Assembly (NCBI GenBank): GCA_002010975.1
Contig: MTLU01000043.1
Span: 1-55,273, forward strand
Direction: 5' to 3'
DNA: 55,273 nucleotides
Source: Candidatus Bathyarchaeota archaeon JdFR-07
Lineage (GTDB): Archaea; Thermoproteota; Bathyarchaeia; Bathyarchaeales; Bathycorpusculaceae
Under the pieces are notes generated by a model. That model worked only from the letters and a program-made list of their open reading frames with translations, was not told the DNA's origin and searched no databases. Positions 18,219 to 28,877 of this stretch are shown one piece after another. The number at the start of each line of letters is the position of its first letter. Position 1 is the stretch's first letter. Made by a program: the position numbers and the translations under genes.

Positions 18219-19457
18219 TTAGTAAATCTCTAGTAAGTAATTCCTTAATTTTCTAAAAGTTCCCATTTCTTGATTAATTTTTTCCTCCGCTTCAAAATCA
18301 TTTAGCTCTAACGTTTCATTTATGAAGACAGCAATCTTCCCCATCCAAAGTATTCTTAAAGCATTCAATAAATGCTCCTTTTCGGTTTGTTTAACACGCT
18401 TGAAAGCAGCAAGAAAGGAATAAACGATTTTTGCCCAAGTCTCGCTTGAAAGAGAAAGTTCGTTAGGTTTTGCTTTTTTAAGTTCTTCAACTTTTTTTAG
18501 CAAATATTTAGGTAAAAGCGCACAGTAAATCTTCTCATAACTTTTAAAATATTTTTTGTAGGCTTCTAGAATATTTTTTAGGTTTACCGAGACAGGTTCA
18601 GGTGCTCCAGGGGTGTTCTTTTCGCCAATGATTTCGATTTCTTGAAAATCGAGTTGCTTTTTCCAATTAGCCTCATACCTCTCAATGCATGTAAACATAG
18701 ATCCTACAACTTCTCGGAACATGGAAGCTAAATGTTTTGAAGGATCCTTAGGCTCATGGATCTTTGTTCTCAAAAAAGCTTGCTTTATCTTGAATTCTTT
18801 AGCCAACGCAGTATGTGTTTCAAATATGTCTATTCCGAATCGAGGTACATAAGGTGTTTTCCACAAGTTAGATTCTAGAAGTTCTTGAACGAGCTCCATG
18901 GAAAGACCAAAATCTCCACCAATTGGTTGCCTAACTTTCTTGCCATATAAAGTTGAAGTTAAAGGATAGCAAAGGAAGTTTGTAATTGTACCGTCATATT
19001 TGTGTCTTATATAAAGGGGTGTTACAAAGCCTACCCCCTCTAGTATGGGAGACACCAACAGTTTAATCCATTCGGGAGTTATGCTACGTAGATCTGAATC
19101 TAAAAGCGCTATTGCTTCAGCTTCAAGAAAATGGGCAGCTTCAAAAATTGCTTTAACAGCAGTTCCTTTGCCTGAGACTCCTTTGTATTTAGTTGCAATT
19201 AAATGGATTTTAGAGGGCAGCCGCATGGCTTTTACCACATCTAGCGTTCCGTCACAAGAACCCCCATCCGAAATAAAAATCACAGATTTTTGTTCTGGAA
19301 AATATATTTCAAGCCCCTTTGCAGCTTGATATATCACATAATTGATAGTATGGGCATTGTTAAATGATGGAACGCCAATAACAATGTCTGCTGTCTTTAT
19401 TTCTTCGAGAACCCTATGCCCAGTCCGGGGCAATGCAGAATTATAGTTTTTTCTCAT
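18219..19457 (-). CDS. GT-A glycosyltransferase, glucosylglycerate synthase (Ggs) / mannosylglycerate synthase-like
   Basis: ADIVIGVPSFNNAHTI, SDGGSCDGT, GKGTA, DSDLRSITPEW, RHKYDGTITN, RQPIGGDFG, FGIDI. Confidence 0.8.
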   Translation of the reverse strand: MRKNYNSALPRTGHRVLEEIKTADIVIGVPSFNNAHTINYVIYQAAKGLEIYFPEQKSVIFISDGGSCDGTLDVVKAMRLPSKIHLIATKYKGVSGKGTAVKAIFEAAHFLEAEAIALLDSDLRSITPEWIKLLVSPILEGVGFVTPLYIRHKYDGTITNFLCYPLTSTLYGKKVRQPIGGDFGLSMELVQELLESNLWKTPYVPRFGIDIFETHTALAKEFKIKQAFLRTKIHEPKDPSKHLASMFREVVGSMFTCIERYEANWKKQLDFQEIEIIGEKNTPGAPEPVSVNLKNILEAYKKYFKSYEKIYCALLPKYLLKKVEELKKAKPNELSLSSETWAKIVYSFLAAFKRVKQTEKEHLLNALRILWMGKIAVFINETLELNDFEAEEKINQEMGTFRKLRNYLLEIY

Positions 19458-19567
19458 ATTGAAATTTCCATTGAAGTGTTATAGAACTTTTACAAGTATT
19501 CCAGTTAAATATTTTTAATTAACAAATCATTTTAGTGCTTTCTATAGGAATGAAAACGAGGATCTAC

Positions 19568-20821
19568 ATGTCCAAAGTAGGTATCGTTCATTACACAGCA
19601 CCACCTAAAAATGTCGCTGGCGTTGAAGTAGTAATTGATTATCATGCAAAATTTTTAACAAAACAGGGCTATGATATTAAAATCATTTTTGGAAAGGGAG
19701 GAGGCTTAGAATATAGTAATTTGGAAGAACATGTGATTCCGTTATTGTCTCCAGACAACCCCCGTGTTCAGAAAGTGCAGAAAGAAATTCTTGAAAAAAA
19801 GAGAGAAACCGAAGATTTTCGAAAATTAAAAGAAGACATAAAAAAGGAGTTGAAACAAGCTTTTTCAAGTCTTAACTCCTGCATAGTTCACAACATTCCA
19901 TCAATGCCATTCAACTTCGCAGCAACAGCTGCCATAAATGAACTTGCCGATGAAACGACAACTAATTTCCTTTTTTGGTTACACGATACTATTCTAGTAA
20001 GAGAAGAATGGCGGGATTTTACAGGCGAATTTCCGGTAACACTGCTACACCATAAAAACAATAAGATAACTTTCATAACCCCGACTTATTATAGAGCAAA
20101 ACAATTTGCGACCCTAAAACCCCCATACAATATTCCCGAAATGACAGTAATTCCAAACGGAGTTAGTGTGGAAGAATATCTGAAAATAGACGAGATTACC
20201 AAACAACTAATGAAACACCTCGGTCTATCCTTCAACGACTATATAATAGTCACTCCAGTTCGCATATTGCCACGAAAAAATATAGAACTCGCATTAAATG
20301 TAATCCACAAGTTAATTCATATCACAGGAGAAAAAAGGAAGATAAGGCTTCTTATTACTGGCCCACCTGGAACAGACCCTGTTTCTGTAGCTTATGAAAA
20401 TAAGCTTAAGGAAATTATAAAAGCCCGAAAGATCGAAGAAAATGTAATATTTTGTCACAATCTGATTAGCTTCAAAAGACATTTTATAAACAACAGAATT
20501 GTTAAGTGGAGCGTTGCAGACGTTTATAACATAGCAGACCTTGTTTTTATACCCAGTAAGGAAGAAGGATTCGGGCTTCCAGTAATAGAAGCAGGAGCGG
20601 CTAGGAGACCTGTTTTTTGTTCAAGGATACCGCCTTTTCAAGAATTAATAAGAGAAGACATTGAAGGTTACATGTTTGATTTGAACAATGCCCCAGAAGA
20701 CATAGCATTTAGAATTTACAAAATAATGCTCGATAGCACAGTTGATAACAATTTTGCTCAAGTAATAGAAAAATATGACTGGGAATCTATAGTAACAAAA
20801 AAACTGATACCTCTGCTTTAA
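19568..20821 (+). CDS. GT-B (GT4) glycosyltransferase, possibly mannosylglucosylglycerate synthase-like
   Basis: IVHY..P...AGVE, PVRILPRKNIELA, PSKEEGFGLPVIEA. Confidence 0.8.
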   Translation: MSKVGIVHYTAPPKNVAGVEVVIDYHAKFLTKQGYDIKIIFGKGGGLEYSNLEEHVIPLLSPDNPRVQKVQKEILEKKRETEDFRKLKEDIKKELKQAFSSLNSCIVHNIPSMPFNFAATAAINELADETTTNFLFWLHDTILVREEWRDFTGEFPVTLLHHKNNKITFITPTYYRAKQFATLKPPYNIPEMTVIPNGVSVEEYLKIDEITKQLMKHLGLSFNDYIIVTPVRILPRKNIELALNVIHKLIHITGEKRKIRLLITGPPGTDPVSVAYENKLKEIIKARKIEENVIFCHNLISFKRHFINNRIVKWSVADVYNIADLVFIPSKEEGFGLPVIEAGAARRPVFCSRIPPFQELIREDIEGYMFDLNNAPEDIAFRIYKIMLDSTVDNNFAQVIEKYDWESIVTKKLIPLL

Positions 20822-20847
20822 AGAAAGTAAATAGTTGAGGCGAACAA

Positions 20848-22053
20848 TTGCAAATTTCTGTAATAATACCTACTTATTGGACTTCTATTAGACCGGAAGT
20901 TCAATGTTTAGAACCCAACGCCATATATGACCATCCAACCCCAATAGAAATGCAAAGTACCCTTCCACGTTTATTAAACAGCCTAAAGCAAACAGATATA
21001 CCAAAAAAGTTGACTGTTATCACTGTTATAACAGCCGTGACACACAGTGTACTAGAGAAGAAAGCTGAAGAAAAAGTTAAAGAAATTATAAGTAACTATG
21101 AAGACGATTTTAACATAAAACAACTTTCAGCAACTACTTTAAGAAACCTAATCTTAGAGAAAGAAAGCTTAGCAAGGCTTCTTAGTCTCTATGGCTATTC
21201 TAATGTACGTAACCTAGGTTTGGCAATAGCCCAAGTTCTCAATTCAGATATCATTGTTTTTCTAGATGATGATGTTATTGTCAATGATAAGGAATATTTT
21301 CGGAAAGCCCAAGAGTTTATTGGAAGTCAAATCGACAACAAATTACTTGGAGGTATCGCTGGATATTACATAAATGAAAATGGCGTTTATTATCTAAAGG
21401 TTGATAGAAGGGCTTGGTGGAGAAAATGGTGGCCGAAAGAAGAAAAAATGAACATGGCCTTTAAGATTCTGGAAAGCAGGCAAAGACTTGTGAAAACCAC
21501 TTTTGCCTTTGGAGGCAATATGGTTCTCCATTGGAAAATGTTTGAAAAAATTCCCTTTGACCCATACATAACCAGGGGGGAAGACATGGATTTACTTGTA
21601 AATGCAAAAATGTTTGGTTTCAATTTTCTTTTGGACACCGAATTGAAAGTGTTACATCTGCCTGGCGAAGGGAAAAAATTATGGTCAGAGATGCGCCAAG
21701 ATTTGTATAGGTTTCTTTATATGAGGGGGAAAATTCTGTCGCAAAAACACGTACAGAATATTAGAAAAATATCCATATCTTACCTTGAGCCATATCCAGG
21801 CTATTTTTTACATACAGTGATGCCTTTCAAGTTTGCCTTGTCAAGTATTTTGAACTGTTTACATTCGGTTCTCATAAGGGATAGTGAAGGGTGCAGGGCA
21901 TTTGTTAGTAATCCAATACATATCCCTTCTGCTTTAAAATTCGCTAAAAAACATTCCTTAGCTTATTTCAGATTCCAGAAAAAATGGATGAAAATTATGC
22001 CTAAATTAAGAGGAAAGAAAAAACTAGAAAAGCTTTTGAACGATTCTACCTAG
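20848..22053 (+). CDS. GT2-like glycosyltransferase
   Basis: SVIIPTY, RNLGL, FLDDD, FGGNM, PFDPYITRGED. Confidence 0.8.
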   Translation: MQISVIIPTYWTSIRPEVQCLEPNAIYDHPTPIEMQSTLPRLLNSLKQTDIPKKLTVITVITAVTHSVLEKKAEEKVKEIISNYEDDFNIKQLSATTLRNLILEKESLARLLSLYGYSNVRNLGLAIAQVLNSDIIVFLDDDVIVNDKEYFRKAQEFIGSQIDNKLLGGIAGYYINENGVYYLKVDRRAWWRKWWPKEEKMNMAFKILESRQRLVKTTFAFGGNMVLHWKMFEKIPFDPYITRGEDMDLLVNAKMFGFNFLLDTELKVLHLPGEGKKLWSEMRQDLYRFLYMRGKILSQKHVQNIRKISISYLEPYPGYFLHTVMPFKFALSSILNCLHSVLIRDSEGCRAFVSNPIHIPSALKFAKKHSLAYFRFQKKWMKIMPKLRGKKKLEKLLNDST

Positions 22054-22065
22054 CTTTCCTAAATG

Positions 22066-23475
22066 TCAACTTAAAAGACCACATTCTCTTAATCTTGACC
22101 ATGTGCTTTGATTACATCTTCTGCGAAGCATTTCCTTAAGGACGAAATAGTTTCTAGTTCGCTCATTAATTCTTCTCCAAGAAGGATAGCTGAAATAGCG
22201 AGGTCTTCGCTCTTTAGATTTTCCTTCTAAAACTTCTAGAATGACTTGTTGCATCCTCTGCTTATTCTTAAAATCATCGGCTTTGGAGTAAATCATATTA
22301 TTTTCTATTTTTTTAAGTTTTAAGGCTATTTGTTCATACTCACTAATGAGTTTAGTAACATTTTCATCATATGAAGTAATGATTTGTTCTTTTTCTTCTC
22401 TAGTTAAAGGTCTTCCTATTTTTTCATCAATAAGACGGAAGATAAAATCGACGATTTGGTATGCCATATTTTCAAGGTTTTTAAAACTTTGTCCTATGTG
22501 ACGATAGATATCCAAATCTAACTGTGCTATGGATGCTGGACCGATCATGTCATATGTTTGAAAGAGTAGGGAAGTTTCTATGGCATAAGTATTGGGAAAA
22601 TCTACCCTTTCGATTATGTCTCTTGAAACGGCAAACTCTCCAGCAAGGGGATATCGCATGGTTTCCAAACCAAGATATAGCTTAAAAGTTTCAACTATGG
22701 AGTTTAGAAGGGGAATTGCAAGAAGTCTGCAAATGCGTCCTCCCAAAAATATTTTTTGTGGATCTGTCTTGGTAATGGTTATTCTGTTATAGTATGCTTT
22801 AACAAGTTTAATAGCTGCCTCTTGGATGTTCCAAGAGTATATTATGGGATGACAAAGCCCGGTAACAAATTCTTTTTGAAAGTTCATTATATCAGCATCA
22901 ACGAAGCAAAGAATATCTCCTCTTGTTATAGGAACTGAAAGCCATAATCCAGAACCTTTCCCAGGAAGCAAACCGAAAAAACCTGTTACGCCAAACACGC
23001 CATATTTTGCAAACAATTTGGATATATTTTGGTCAAATTGGTGGACTACTTTAAGAAAGAAATCTATAAGCCCCCTTTTCGCCCTTTCCTTCTGGCTTCT
23101 GTACTTGTTAAGCAAATCAACTTGCTCTCTGAAAAGGCCTAGTTCCTCATAGGCTATTTTTACAGCTTTTTCGAGAATTGTAAAATCTGGTTCTCCATTC
23201 CCGTTTCTCGTGGCTCCCATAATAACTATTTCATCCAAGTAGCCTGCATCGACCAACTCGCTACATTCAGCTAAGATTCGGTGAAGCGTAGTTTCTTCTA
23301 TTTCAAGAATTCCTTCAGGTTCAAACTTTGTGGGAATTACAAGAGAAATTGATAAAGGAGAAGATAAGCCGCCCTCATCTAAAACAAATGTGTTAAACTT
23401 TTCTTGTATACACTCGTTAAACGCAAATCGTCTATAGTCACCTAAGTCTAATACATTACTTTCTTTCGAAAACAT
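22066..23475 (-). CDS. Glucosyl-3-phosphoglycerate synthase (GpgS)-like glycosyltransferase with extensions
   Basis: ISLVIP, GKGSGLW, GDILCFVDADI, LVKAYYNR, GGRIC, YPLAGEFA, YAIET. Confidence 0.8.
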   Translation of the reverse strand: MFSKESNVLDLGDYRRFAFNECIQEKFNTFVLDEGGLSSPLSISLVIPTKFEPEGILEIEETTLHRILAECSELVDAGYLDEIVIMGATRNGNGEPDFTILEKAVKIAYEELGLFREQVDLLNKYRSQKERAKRGLIDFFLKVVHQFDQNISKLFAKYGVFGVTGFFGLLPGKGSGLWLSVPITRGDILCFVDADIMNFQKEFVTGLCHPIIYSWNIQEAAIKLVKAYYNRITITKTDPQKIFLGGRICRLLAIPLLNSIVETFKLYLGLETMRYPLAGEFAVSRDIIERVDFPNTYAIETSLLFQTYDMIGPASIAQLDLDIYRHIGQSFKNLENMAYQIVDFIFRLIDEKIGRPLTREEKEQIITSYDENVTKLISEYEQIALKLKKIENNMIYSKADDFKNKQRMQQVILEVLEGKSKERRPRYFSYPSWRRINERTRNYFVLKEMLRRRCNQSTWSRLRECGLLS

Positions 23476-23488
23476 TTCTATCTTTCAA

Positions 23489-24169
23489 TTAATTGCCATT
23501 GCTCTCTAAAAAAGTTTTCAATTTGCCTATTAACTCGTAAAAGTCTGAGTGCTCAACTATGGCCGCAACATTAACGATATCCTCATCCTTTGGTCGAAAA
23601 GCAACTCCAATTTTAGCCTTTCGAATTATACACAAGTCGCTTTTTGAATCACCTACTGCAAGGGTTCTGTTGTTTTTTATCGAATATTTATTGAGAAGTT
23701 CGTTCATAACATGTAATTTACAAACAGATTTTCGCTGACAGTTGGGCTGTTTTTCTTTTTCCCAGCCCATAGGCATTATAATTTTTCCAGTTACAATTCC
23801 ATTTCGTATCTCTAGCTTATTGCCTCTTACAATGTCCACACCCAATTTCTTTGCCAATCTAGATGCAAGAAATTCATAAGAATCAGTTACTATAGCTGTA
23901 ACAAACTCTCTAGATTCAAGAAAATTTACAAAGTCTTTTGCTCCTTTTACAACAGGAATTGTGTCAAAAATTTCCTCTAACTTCGCTGCACTAAACCCAG
24001 AAAAAAGCTTGGCAATCTTTAAGCTTATTTCGTAAGCTCGCAAATTTTTGGAGATTCTATCTATCTCAGCAAGATTAGTTGAAAGCCCCAACTTTTCGCA
24101 TAGCACATCAACAGTACGATGTTCTAAAAGCGTTCCATCCATATCCAAAACAGCTAACCATCTCATCAA
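23489..24169 (-). CDS. HAD-IB phosphatase (SerB-like); candidate sugar-phosphoglycerate phosphatase
   Basis: DMDGTL motif I, a conserved Lys, and AVGDSKSD motif IV. Confidence 0.85.
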   Translation of the reverse strand: MMRWLAVLDMDGTLLEHRTVDVLCEKLGLSTNLAEIDRISKNLRAYEISLKIAKLFSGFSAAKLEEIFDTIPVVKGAKDFVNFLESREFVTAIVTDSYEFLASRLAKKLGVDIVRGNKLEIRNGIVTGKIIMPMGWEKEKQPNCQRKSVCKLHVMNELLNKYSIKNNRTLAVGDSKSDLCIIRKAKIGVAFRPKDEDIVNVAAIVEHSDFYELIGKLKTFLESNGN

Positions 24170-25305
24170 AGAACCTCGTGATAAACTTGCAACGTTTGTT
24201 TTGCAGCCTTATTCCAAGAAAAGAGTTGCAAAATTCTTTTTCTTGCTTCTAAGCCCATGCGGATACGACGTTCTTCATTGCTTAACAAAGAAATTAAAGC
24301 ATCAGCAAGAGCCTTCACGTTTTCTGGTTCCACCAATAATCCTGTACGATTATTTTCTATGACTTCAGGTAAGGCACACGTGTTAAAAGCTACTACGGGC
24401 TTTCCACATGCTTGGGCCTCTGCGGGTGTGAGGCCAAAACCTTCCCAGAGACTGGGGTAACAAAAAACGTCGCAACAAGCATAAAAATGAGGAACAGAAT
24501 AATCAGGAACATAGCCGGAAAAAATTATGGAGTTTTCGATTTTCAGTTTTTTAATAAGCTGCCAAAGGTTGGGAGCATCGTAACGGGCAGCTCCCCCGAT
24601 CAAAAATTTTGTATCAGGTAATTCTTTTAGAATCATGGGAATTGCCCTTATTAGAAATTGGACTCCCTTGTAAGGGGCCAATCTGCCCAAATAAAGGACT
24701 ACGGGAGAATCTTTCAATTTGTAGAATTTTCGAATGTTGGCTCCACTTATTTGAGGATTAAACCGCGTAGTGTCTACACCGTTATAGATGACTCTAATTA
24801 TATCTTCTTTAACAAAATATTTGGTAATTAGTTCCTTTTTCAGGAAGTTACTTACAGTAATTATTCGATTTACTTTGAAGCGGAAGGAAAAAAAGGTACC
24901 GATTCTGTGGTCTATCATTTTAAGTTTTTGTCTGTAGCTTCGCCATGGTTTTATGGGGGCAAAGCCATGATAAGTAAATACATGCGGCTTTTTCAAAAAT
25001 TTGCCAGTAGTGTTTCCTACAAAAATGCATGGGTGATACTGTGTGTGTATTAGATCAAATTTTTCTAGAATTCTTAAGCATTTGAATGGAAATATGAGAT
25101 TTCTGAATAAAGGAATAAACTCTCCTCCGAAGTGAACTTCATAAATTCTAACTGATTGCGGAGGCGTGATTTCGGCTTCGCGACATACAATGGCAACCTC
25201 GTTCCCTGCAGTTTTCACTCTTTTTGCAATTTCCAGTATATGGTTAACTAGGCCAGATCCTGTATGTATTGAGGAACGAATATATGCTATTCGCAAAAAT
25301 GTCAC
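24166..25305 (-). CDS. GT4 glycosyltransferase
   Basis: VIYNGVD, GRLAPYKG, PSLWEGFGLTPAEAQACGKPVV. Confidence 0.92.
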   Translation of the reverse strand: MTFLRIAYIRSSIHTGSGLVNHILEIAKRVKTAGNEVAIVCREAEITPPQSVRIYEVHFGGEFIPLFRNLIFPFKCLRILEKFDLIHTQYHPCIFVGNTTGKFLKKPHVFTYHGFAPIKPWRSYRQKLKMIDHRIGTFFSFRFKVNRIITVSNFLKKELITKYFVKEDIIRVIYNGVDTTRFNPQISGANIRKFYKLKDSPVVLYLGRLAPYKGVQFLIRAIPMILKELPDTKFLIGGAARYDAPNLWQLIKKLKIENSIIFSGYVPDYSVPHFYACCDVFCYPSLWEGFGLTPAEAQACGKPVVAFNTCALPEVIENNRTGLLVEPENVKALADALISLLSNEERRIRMGLEARKRILQLFSWNKAAKQTLQVYHEVL

Positions 25306-25438
25306 CGTTTATACATTCTCAAAGATATCGATGCAAATAGTGTAAACATAGAATTCTTGCAAATCATTATAAGTTTTATGCGCAGCTTTAACTGAGTAGA
25401 CCTATTACATACATGAATTAGAATACTGTGATTAATTC

Positions 25439-26542
25439 ATGCGAATCACGTTCGTGATCATTACAAGAAACCGCCCTCGAAAAATAAGATGCTTAGTGGA
25501 TTCTATTCTGAAAACAGAGTTAGATTCATTTTCAATTGTCTTGATAGACGATAGTAGTGAAAAAAAATTTTGGAAGAATAGAGAATTTCTTAAGTCAATA
25601 TCTGTTCCTTTTAAGCATTTTAGCTCCATTCAAGCAAGAAAGTGTTTTGAAAAGACCTTAGAAGAAATAAAATTGACAGAGAGCGAAGAGGAATTCCTAA
25701 GAGATTGTGTGGGATTAGCATCTCCTTTTAATGGTTATTTATCAGATTTCAAAAGTGGGTTACAGTTTGCTCCTTATTCTCCTGCAAGAAATCTGGGAAT
25801 AAATTGTGCTATAAAATTTTTTAATCCAGAAGCAATACTTTTCTTAGATGATGATTGTCTACTTCTTTATCCTAAAAAATTAAAAAGTCATTTAAAACTT
25901 TTAGGGGCAAGGTTGGATCAAAGGACTATTGTTGCTATTTCAGGGCTTTATAGGGATATTTTCGTGCATAAGAAAGGGAGAGAAAAAATTTCAGAGAGAA
26001 TTGTAAAAATTCTCCGTGGAATAGCGTTCTTCTTGTGGAAGTCCTTTAAAACCGAAAGGAATGTCCGTTTTGTAATTATGCCTTCTCATATGTTAGGGGG
26101 TACACTTATTTTAAGTTGCAAAGTCTTTGCCAACATTCCCTTTGATCCTTATGTAGCTAGAGGAGAGGATCACGCTTATGCTTTAGATCTCAAATTTTTT
26201 TTAAATAAAAAGCATATTGCTATTAGAGATAACAGTTTTATTATTGGGCATTTTAAAGAAGAAAAGCAAAAGAAAGATAACGTTAATGTTCTTAGGGATA
26301 CTTTCAGATTCGTCTATATGCGTACGAAAACGGGGCGTTCTTTTATTTCGTTTTTCACTTTAAGATGGTTGTGTGCGTCTATCGTTGAGTTGATTATAAA
26401 CCCTAGGGGATATAGAGAATGTTTAAAGGAGTTGCGAGTTCTGTTATTTCTCGCACCTAAATATGCAAAAAAGAACTGCAACAAATTCAGATCGAATGCA
26501 AGAGCATGGAAAAAGCTGATAAGTTGGCAAGCAAGAAAGTAA
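25439..26542 (+). CDS. GT2-like glycosyltransferase, paralog of 20848-22053
   Basis: IITRNR, LIDDS, ARNLG, FLDDD, PFDPYVARGED. Confidence 0.8.
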   Translation: MRITFVIITRNRPRKIRCLVDSILKTELDSFSIVLIDDSSEKKFWKNREFLKSISVPFKHFSSIQARKCFEKTLEEIKLTESEEEFLRDCVGLASPFNGYLSDFKSGLQFAPYSPARNLGINCAIKFFNPEAILFLDDDCLLLYPKKLKSHLKLLGARLDQRTIVAISGLYRDIFVHKKGREKISERIVKILRGIAFFLWKSFKTERNVRFVIMPSHMLGGTLILSCKVFANIPFDPYVARGEDHAYALDLKFFLNKKHIAIRDNSFIIGHFKEEKQKKDNVNVLRDTFRFVYMRTKTGRSFISFFTLRWLCASIVELIINPRGYRECLKELRVLLFLAPKYAKKNCNKFRSNARAWKKLISWQARK

Positions 26543-26611
26543 GATTGCCTTTTTCAGCATCCAACACTTTGGTAGTTAATGCTAGACTCCCTTGAAAACA
26601 GGTTCTATTCT

Positions 26612-26925
26612 CTACTTTTCTGAGTATAGGCACAACTTATTTCCATTAGGATCTTTAAACAAAGCAAAATAACCATGTTCTCCTTGTTCTCCGATAGGTG
26701 TTTTATTCTTCAAAACCATCCTACCTACTTCTCAATTTTCTTTAGTGACGCTTTAATATCGGATGGTGTATATGCAATGGACTATTGTATCTTCCTCAAG
26801 GTTTAATTCTGCGCTGATTCCTTTTCCAGAAGGGGAAAAACATCCAAAGAGGCTGTTCCTAGCTGCGGTGCAACTTCCCAGCCAAAAACCGTCTCATAAA
26901 ATCTCTTAGATCTCTGATAATCTTA
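26612..26925 (-). pseudogene. VOC/glyoxalase family pseudogene
   Basis: Fragments DYQRSKRFYETVFGWEV and KNKTPIGEQGEHGYFALFKDPNGNKLCLYSEK* are separated by stops/frameshifts. Confidence 0.75.
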
Positions 26926-26974
26926 ACAAGTCGCTAAAAATTTAAAACATGACTTACAGAGGGTCTAGATAATA

Positions 26975-27820
26975 TTAAAGCTGTTTTTCGAAGTTAATTA
27001 TTTCAAAAACTGGCGTATATCCTACCTTTTTGTATAGGTTAACTGCCTTTTTGTTAGTTTTTGGTGTACCCGCATATGCATAATGACATCCATATTTTCT
27101 GAAGCACTTATGCATCTCTACGATTAACGCGTAAGCAACGCCTTTTCTTCGAAATTTTGGAAACACTCCTATTAAACCAATCACGCCGTAAGTTGGACGA
27201 TATTTATCCTCTGGCATAAACGATACTGCAAAACCGGCTGCTTTGTCTTTCACCAAGCCAATCTTCCAGAGCTCAGGCGGAGAAAACCCAAGTTTTCCAT
27301 TTTTAATGGACAGAAGCTCCTCCAAGACTTTCTCTCGAACTGAAACAAATGGATCCCATTCATGTATAGCCTTGTCTTCTGGTGTTGATGCATAGGCTTT
27401 TAAAGTGAAATTAGCGAAGTCTTCCAAGGAGTAGCTTTCCTTTGTTGTAATTCTAAAACTTGGAGAATGCAGAAGTGTTCCAGTATGACTCAGGTCAGCT
27501 AACAATTGTAGGCCAATAGGTCCCTGTTGCTTAAAACCGCTTTTCTTGTATAGATTAATATGCCATTCGGCAGTTTCCGGCAAGTCATAGGGGTATTTAA
27601 TCATGCAAACTGCCTTTTTCGCTCCTTCACGTTGCAACAATTGCAAGGCCTTCTCAATGAGAACTTCACCTGCTCCGCTGCTTCTTTCTTTCAATGGAAC
27701 AGCAGGTTCCCATCTTCTTAATACACCAACCTCTCTGCGAAGTTTAATCCCTAGCACACCAAGGATTTCCTTGCTTTTCTTTAATGTCGCCTCGGTTATA
27801 ATCAAAGAGTCTGCTTTCAT
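26975..27820 (-). CDS. Tandem GNAT acetyltransferase, N-terminus probably split by a frameshift (upstream piece 27744-27929)
   Basis: C-terminal IGVFPKFRRKGVA and NKKAVNLYKKVGY; an N-terminal GNAT remnant (LYKKSGF). Confidence 0.75.
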   Translation of the reverse strand: MKADSLIITEATLKKSKEILGVLGIKLRREVGVLRRWEPAVPLKERSSGAGEVLIEKALQLLQREGAKKAVCMIKYPYDLPETAEWHINLYKKSGFKQQGPIGLQLLADLSHTGTLLHSPSFRITTKESYSLEDFANFTLKAYASTPEDKAIHEWDPFVSVREKVLEELLSIKNGKLGFSPPELWKIGLVKDKAAGFAVSFMPEDKYRPTYGVIGLIGVFPKFRRKGVAYALIVEMHKCFRKYGCHYAYAGTPKTNKKAVNLYKKVGYTPVFEIINFEKQL

Positions 27821-27985
27821 TGAACCAGTGAAGGTGCTGCATGCCCTTTATCCAAGCGCTTATGTACTTGTCTTTGGATTTTGCGTTCTCCACTGTTATC
27901 ATCATTTTGGTGCGACTCTTTTTTAACAACTGCTCAATAAAACAAGAATCTAATATCCAGATAAAAGTCTGGTGTTGAAATGATC

Positions 27986-28026
27986 GTAACTCGTTACAGA
28001 AAATTTATATGTAATAGAATTATTAC
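27986..28026. promoter_or_regulatory. Two inverted repeats flanking a TATA box; probable ArsR operator
   Basis: GTAAC-TC-GTTAC (27986-27997), TTTATAT, and GTAATA-GAAT-TATTAC (28011-28026) upstream of the ArsR gene. Confidence 0.55.
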
Positions 28027-28052
28027 GTGTAATTGCATGGTGGTAGCTATGT

Positions 28053-28346
28053 ATGAGGGAAATAGAAAAACTAGCGAAAAAACTCGATGCATTAAGCCAT
28101 CCATTGCGACTAGAGATAGTTGCGTTGCTTGTAAGAGGGGAAATGTACTTGAGTGAAATCGCTAATCATCTAGGTGTTAGCAGGGCTTTGACAAAAATTC
28201 ATTTAAAAAAACTTGAAAAAGCTGGTCTGGTTAAGAGTAGAATCGTCCTTGTGGAAGGTGAGGCCCGGGCTTTGCGTTACTATATCTTGCAAGACTTTGA
28301 GATCCATCTTACTCCTAAACTTATTGGAAAGGTAAGAGGAGATTAA
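28053..28346 (+). CDS. ArsR/SmtB family transcriptional regulator
   Basis: ALSHPLRLEI, SEIANHLGVSRAL...HLKKLEKAGLV. Confidence 0.92.
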   Translation: MREIEKLAKKLDALSHPLRLEIVALLVRGEMYLSEIANHLGVSRALTKIHLKKLEKAGLVKSRIVLVEGEARALRYYILQDFEIHLTPKLIGKVRGD

Positions 28347-28347
28347 A

Positions 28348-28617
28348 ATGGATACCCGAAGCATAATAGTTCTTGTAACTTGGATATGCGTTACGGTACT
28401 TTCTGTCACCATTGTTTGGGTGACTCAACAACTAGACATATGGAATGTGCTTTTCATCTTGCTACTAATAGGCATAGCTTTCTCGGTCACCTTTGCCATT
28501 CCCTTTGGTCTACCGGCAATTGAACATGCTACAGAAAAGCAAATAACAAAAATCCTGAAACAATTACAGGAACTTAACCAGAAAATGGATTACATCAAGA
28601 GGCAACTAGAAGAATAA
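28348..28617 (+). CDS. Small two-TM membrane protein with a C-terminal coiled coil
   Basis: Two hydrophobic segments, then ILKQLQELNQKMDYIKRQLEE; GAGGAG Shine-Dalgarno upstream. Confidence 0.75.
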   Translation: MDTRSIIVLVTWICVTVLSVTIVWVTQQLDIWNVLFILLLIGIAFSVTFAIPFGLPAIEHATEKQITKILKQLQELNQKMDYIKRQLEE

Positions 28618-28877
28618 CTTTTTCACCATTTGAGTATCAGTAATTAGTTGAGCGAAAGAGACAAGTTAAAAAGCTTTGATAGCTTAGAAAATGTTTAAAT
28701 CTATATTTAAATCCTTGTTTTTTGCACAAAACCAGATTTCTAATCGGAGATAAATTTCAAAGTACTAGGGGTTAGGTTCATATATACGTTTATAATCCAC
28801 GTTTTTGCGTCCGCGCTGGTTTGAAACTCAGTTTTAAATTTCTGGATTACCTGATGCATAGAATTGCTCTGAATCCC

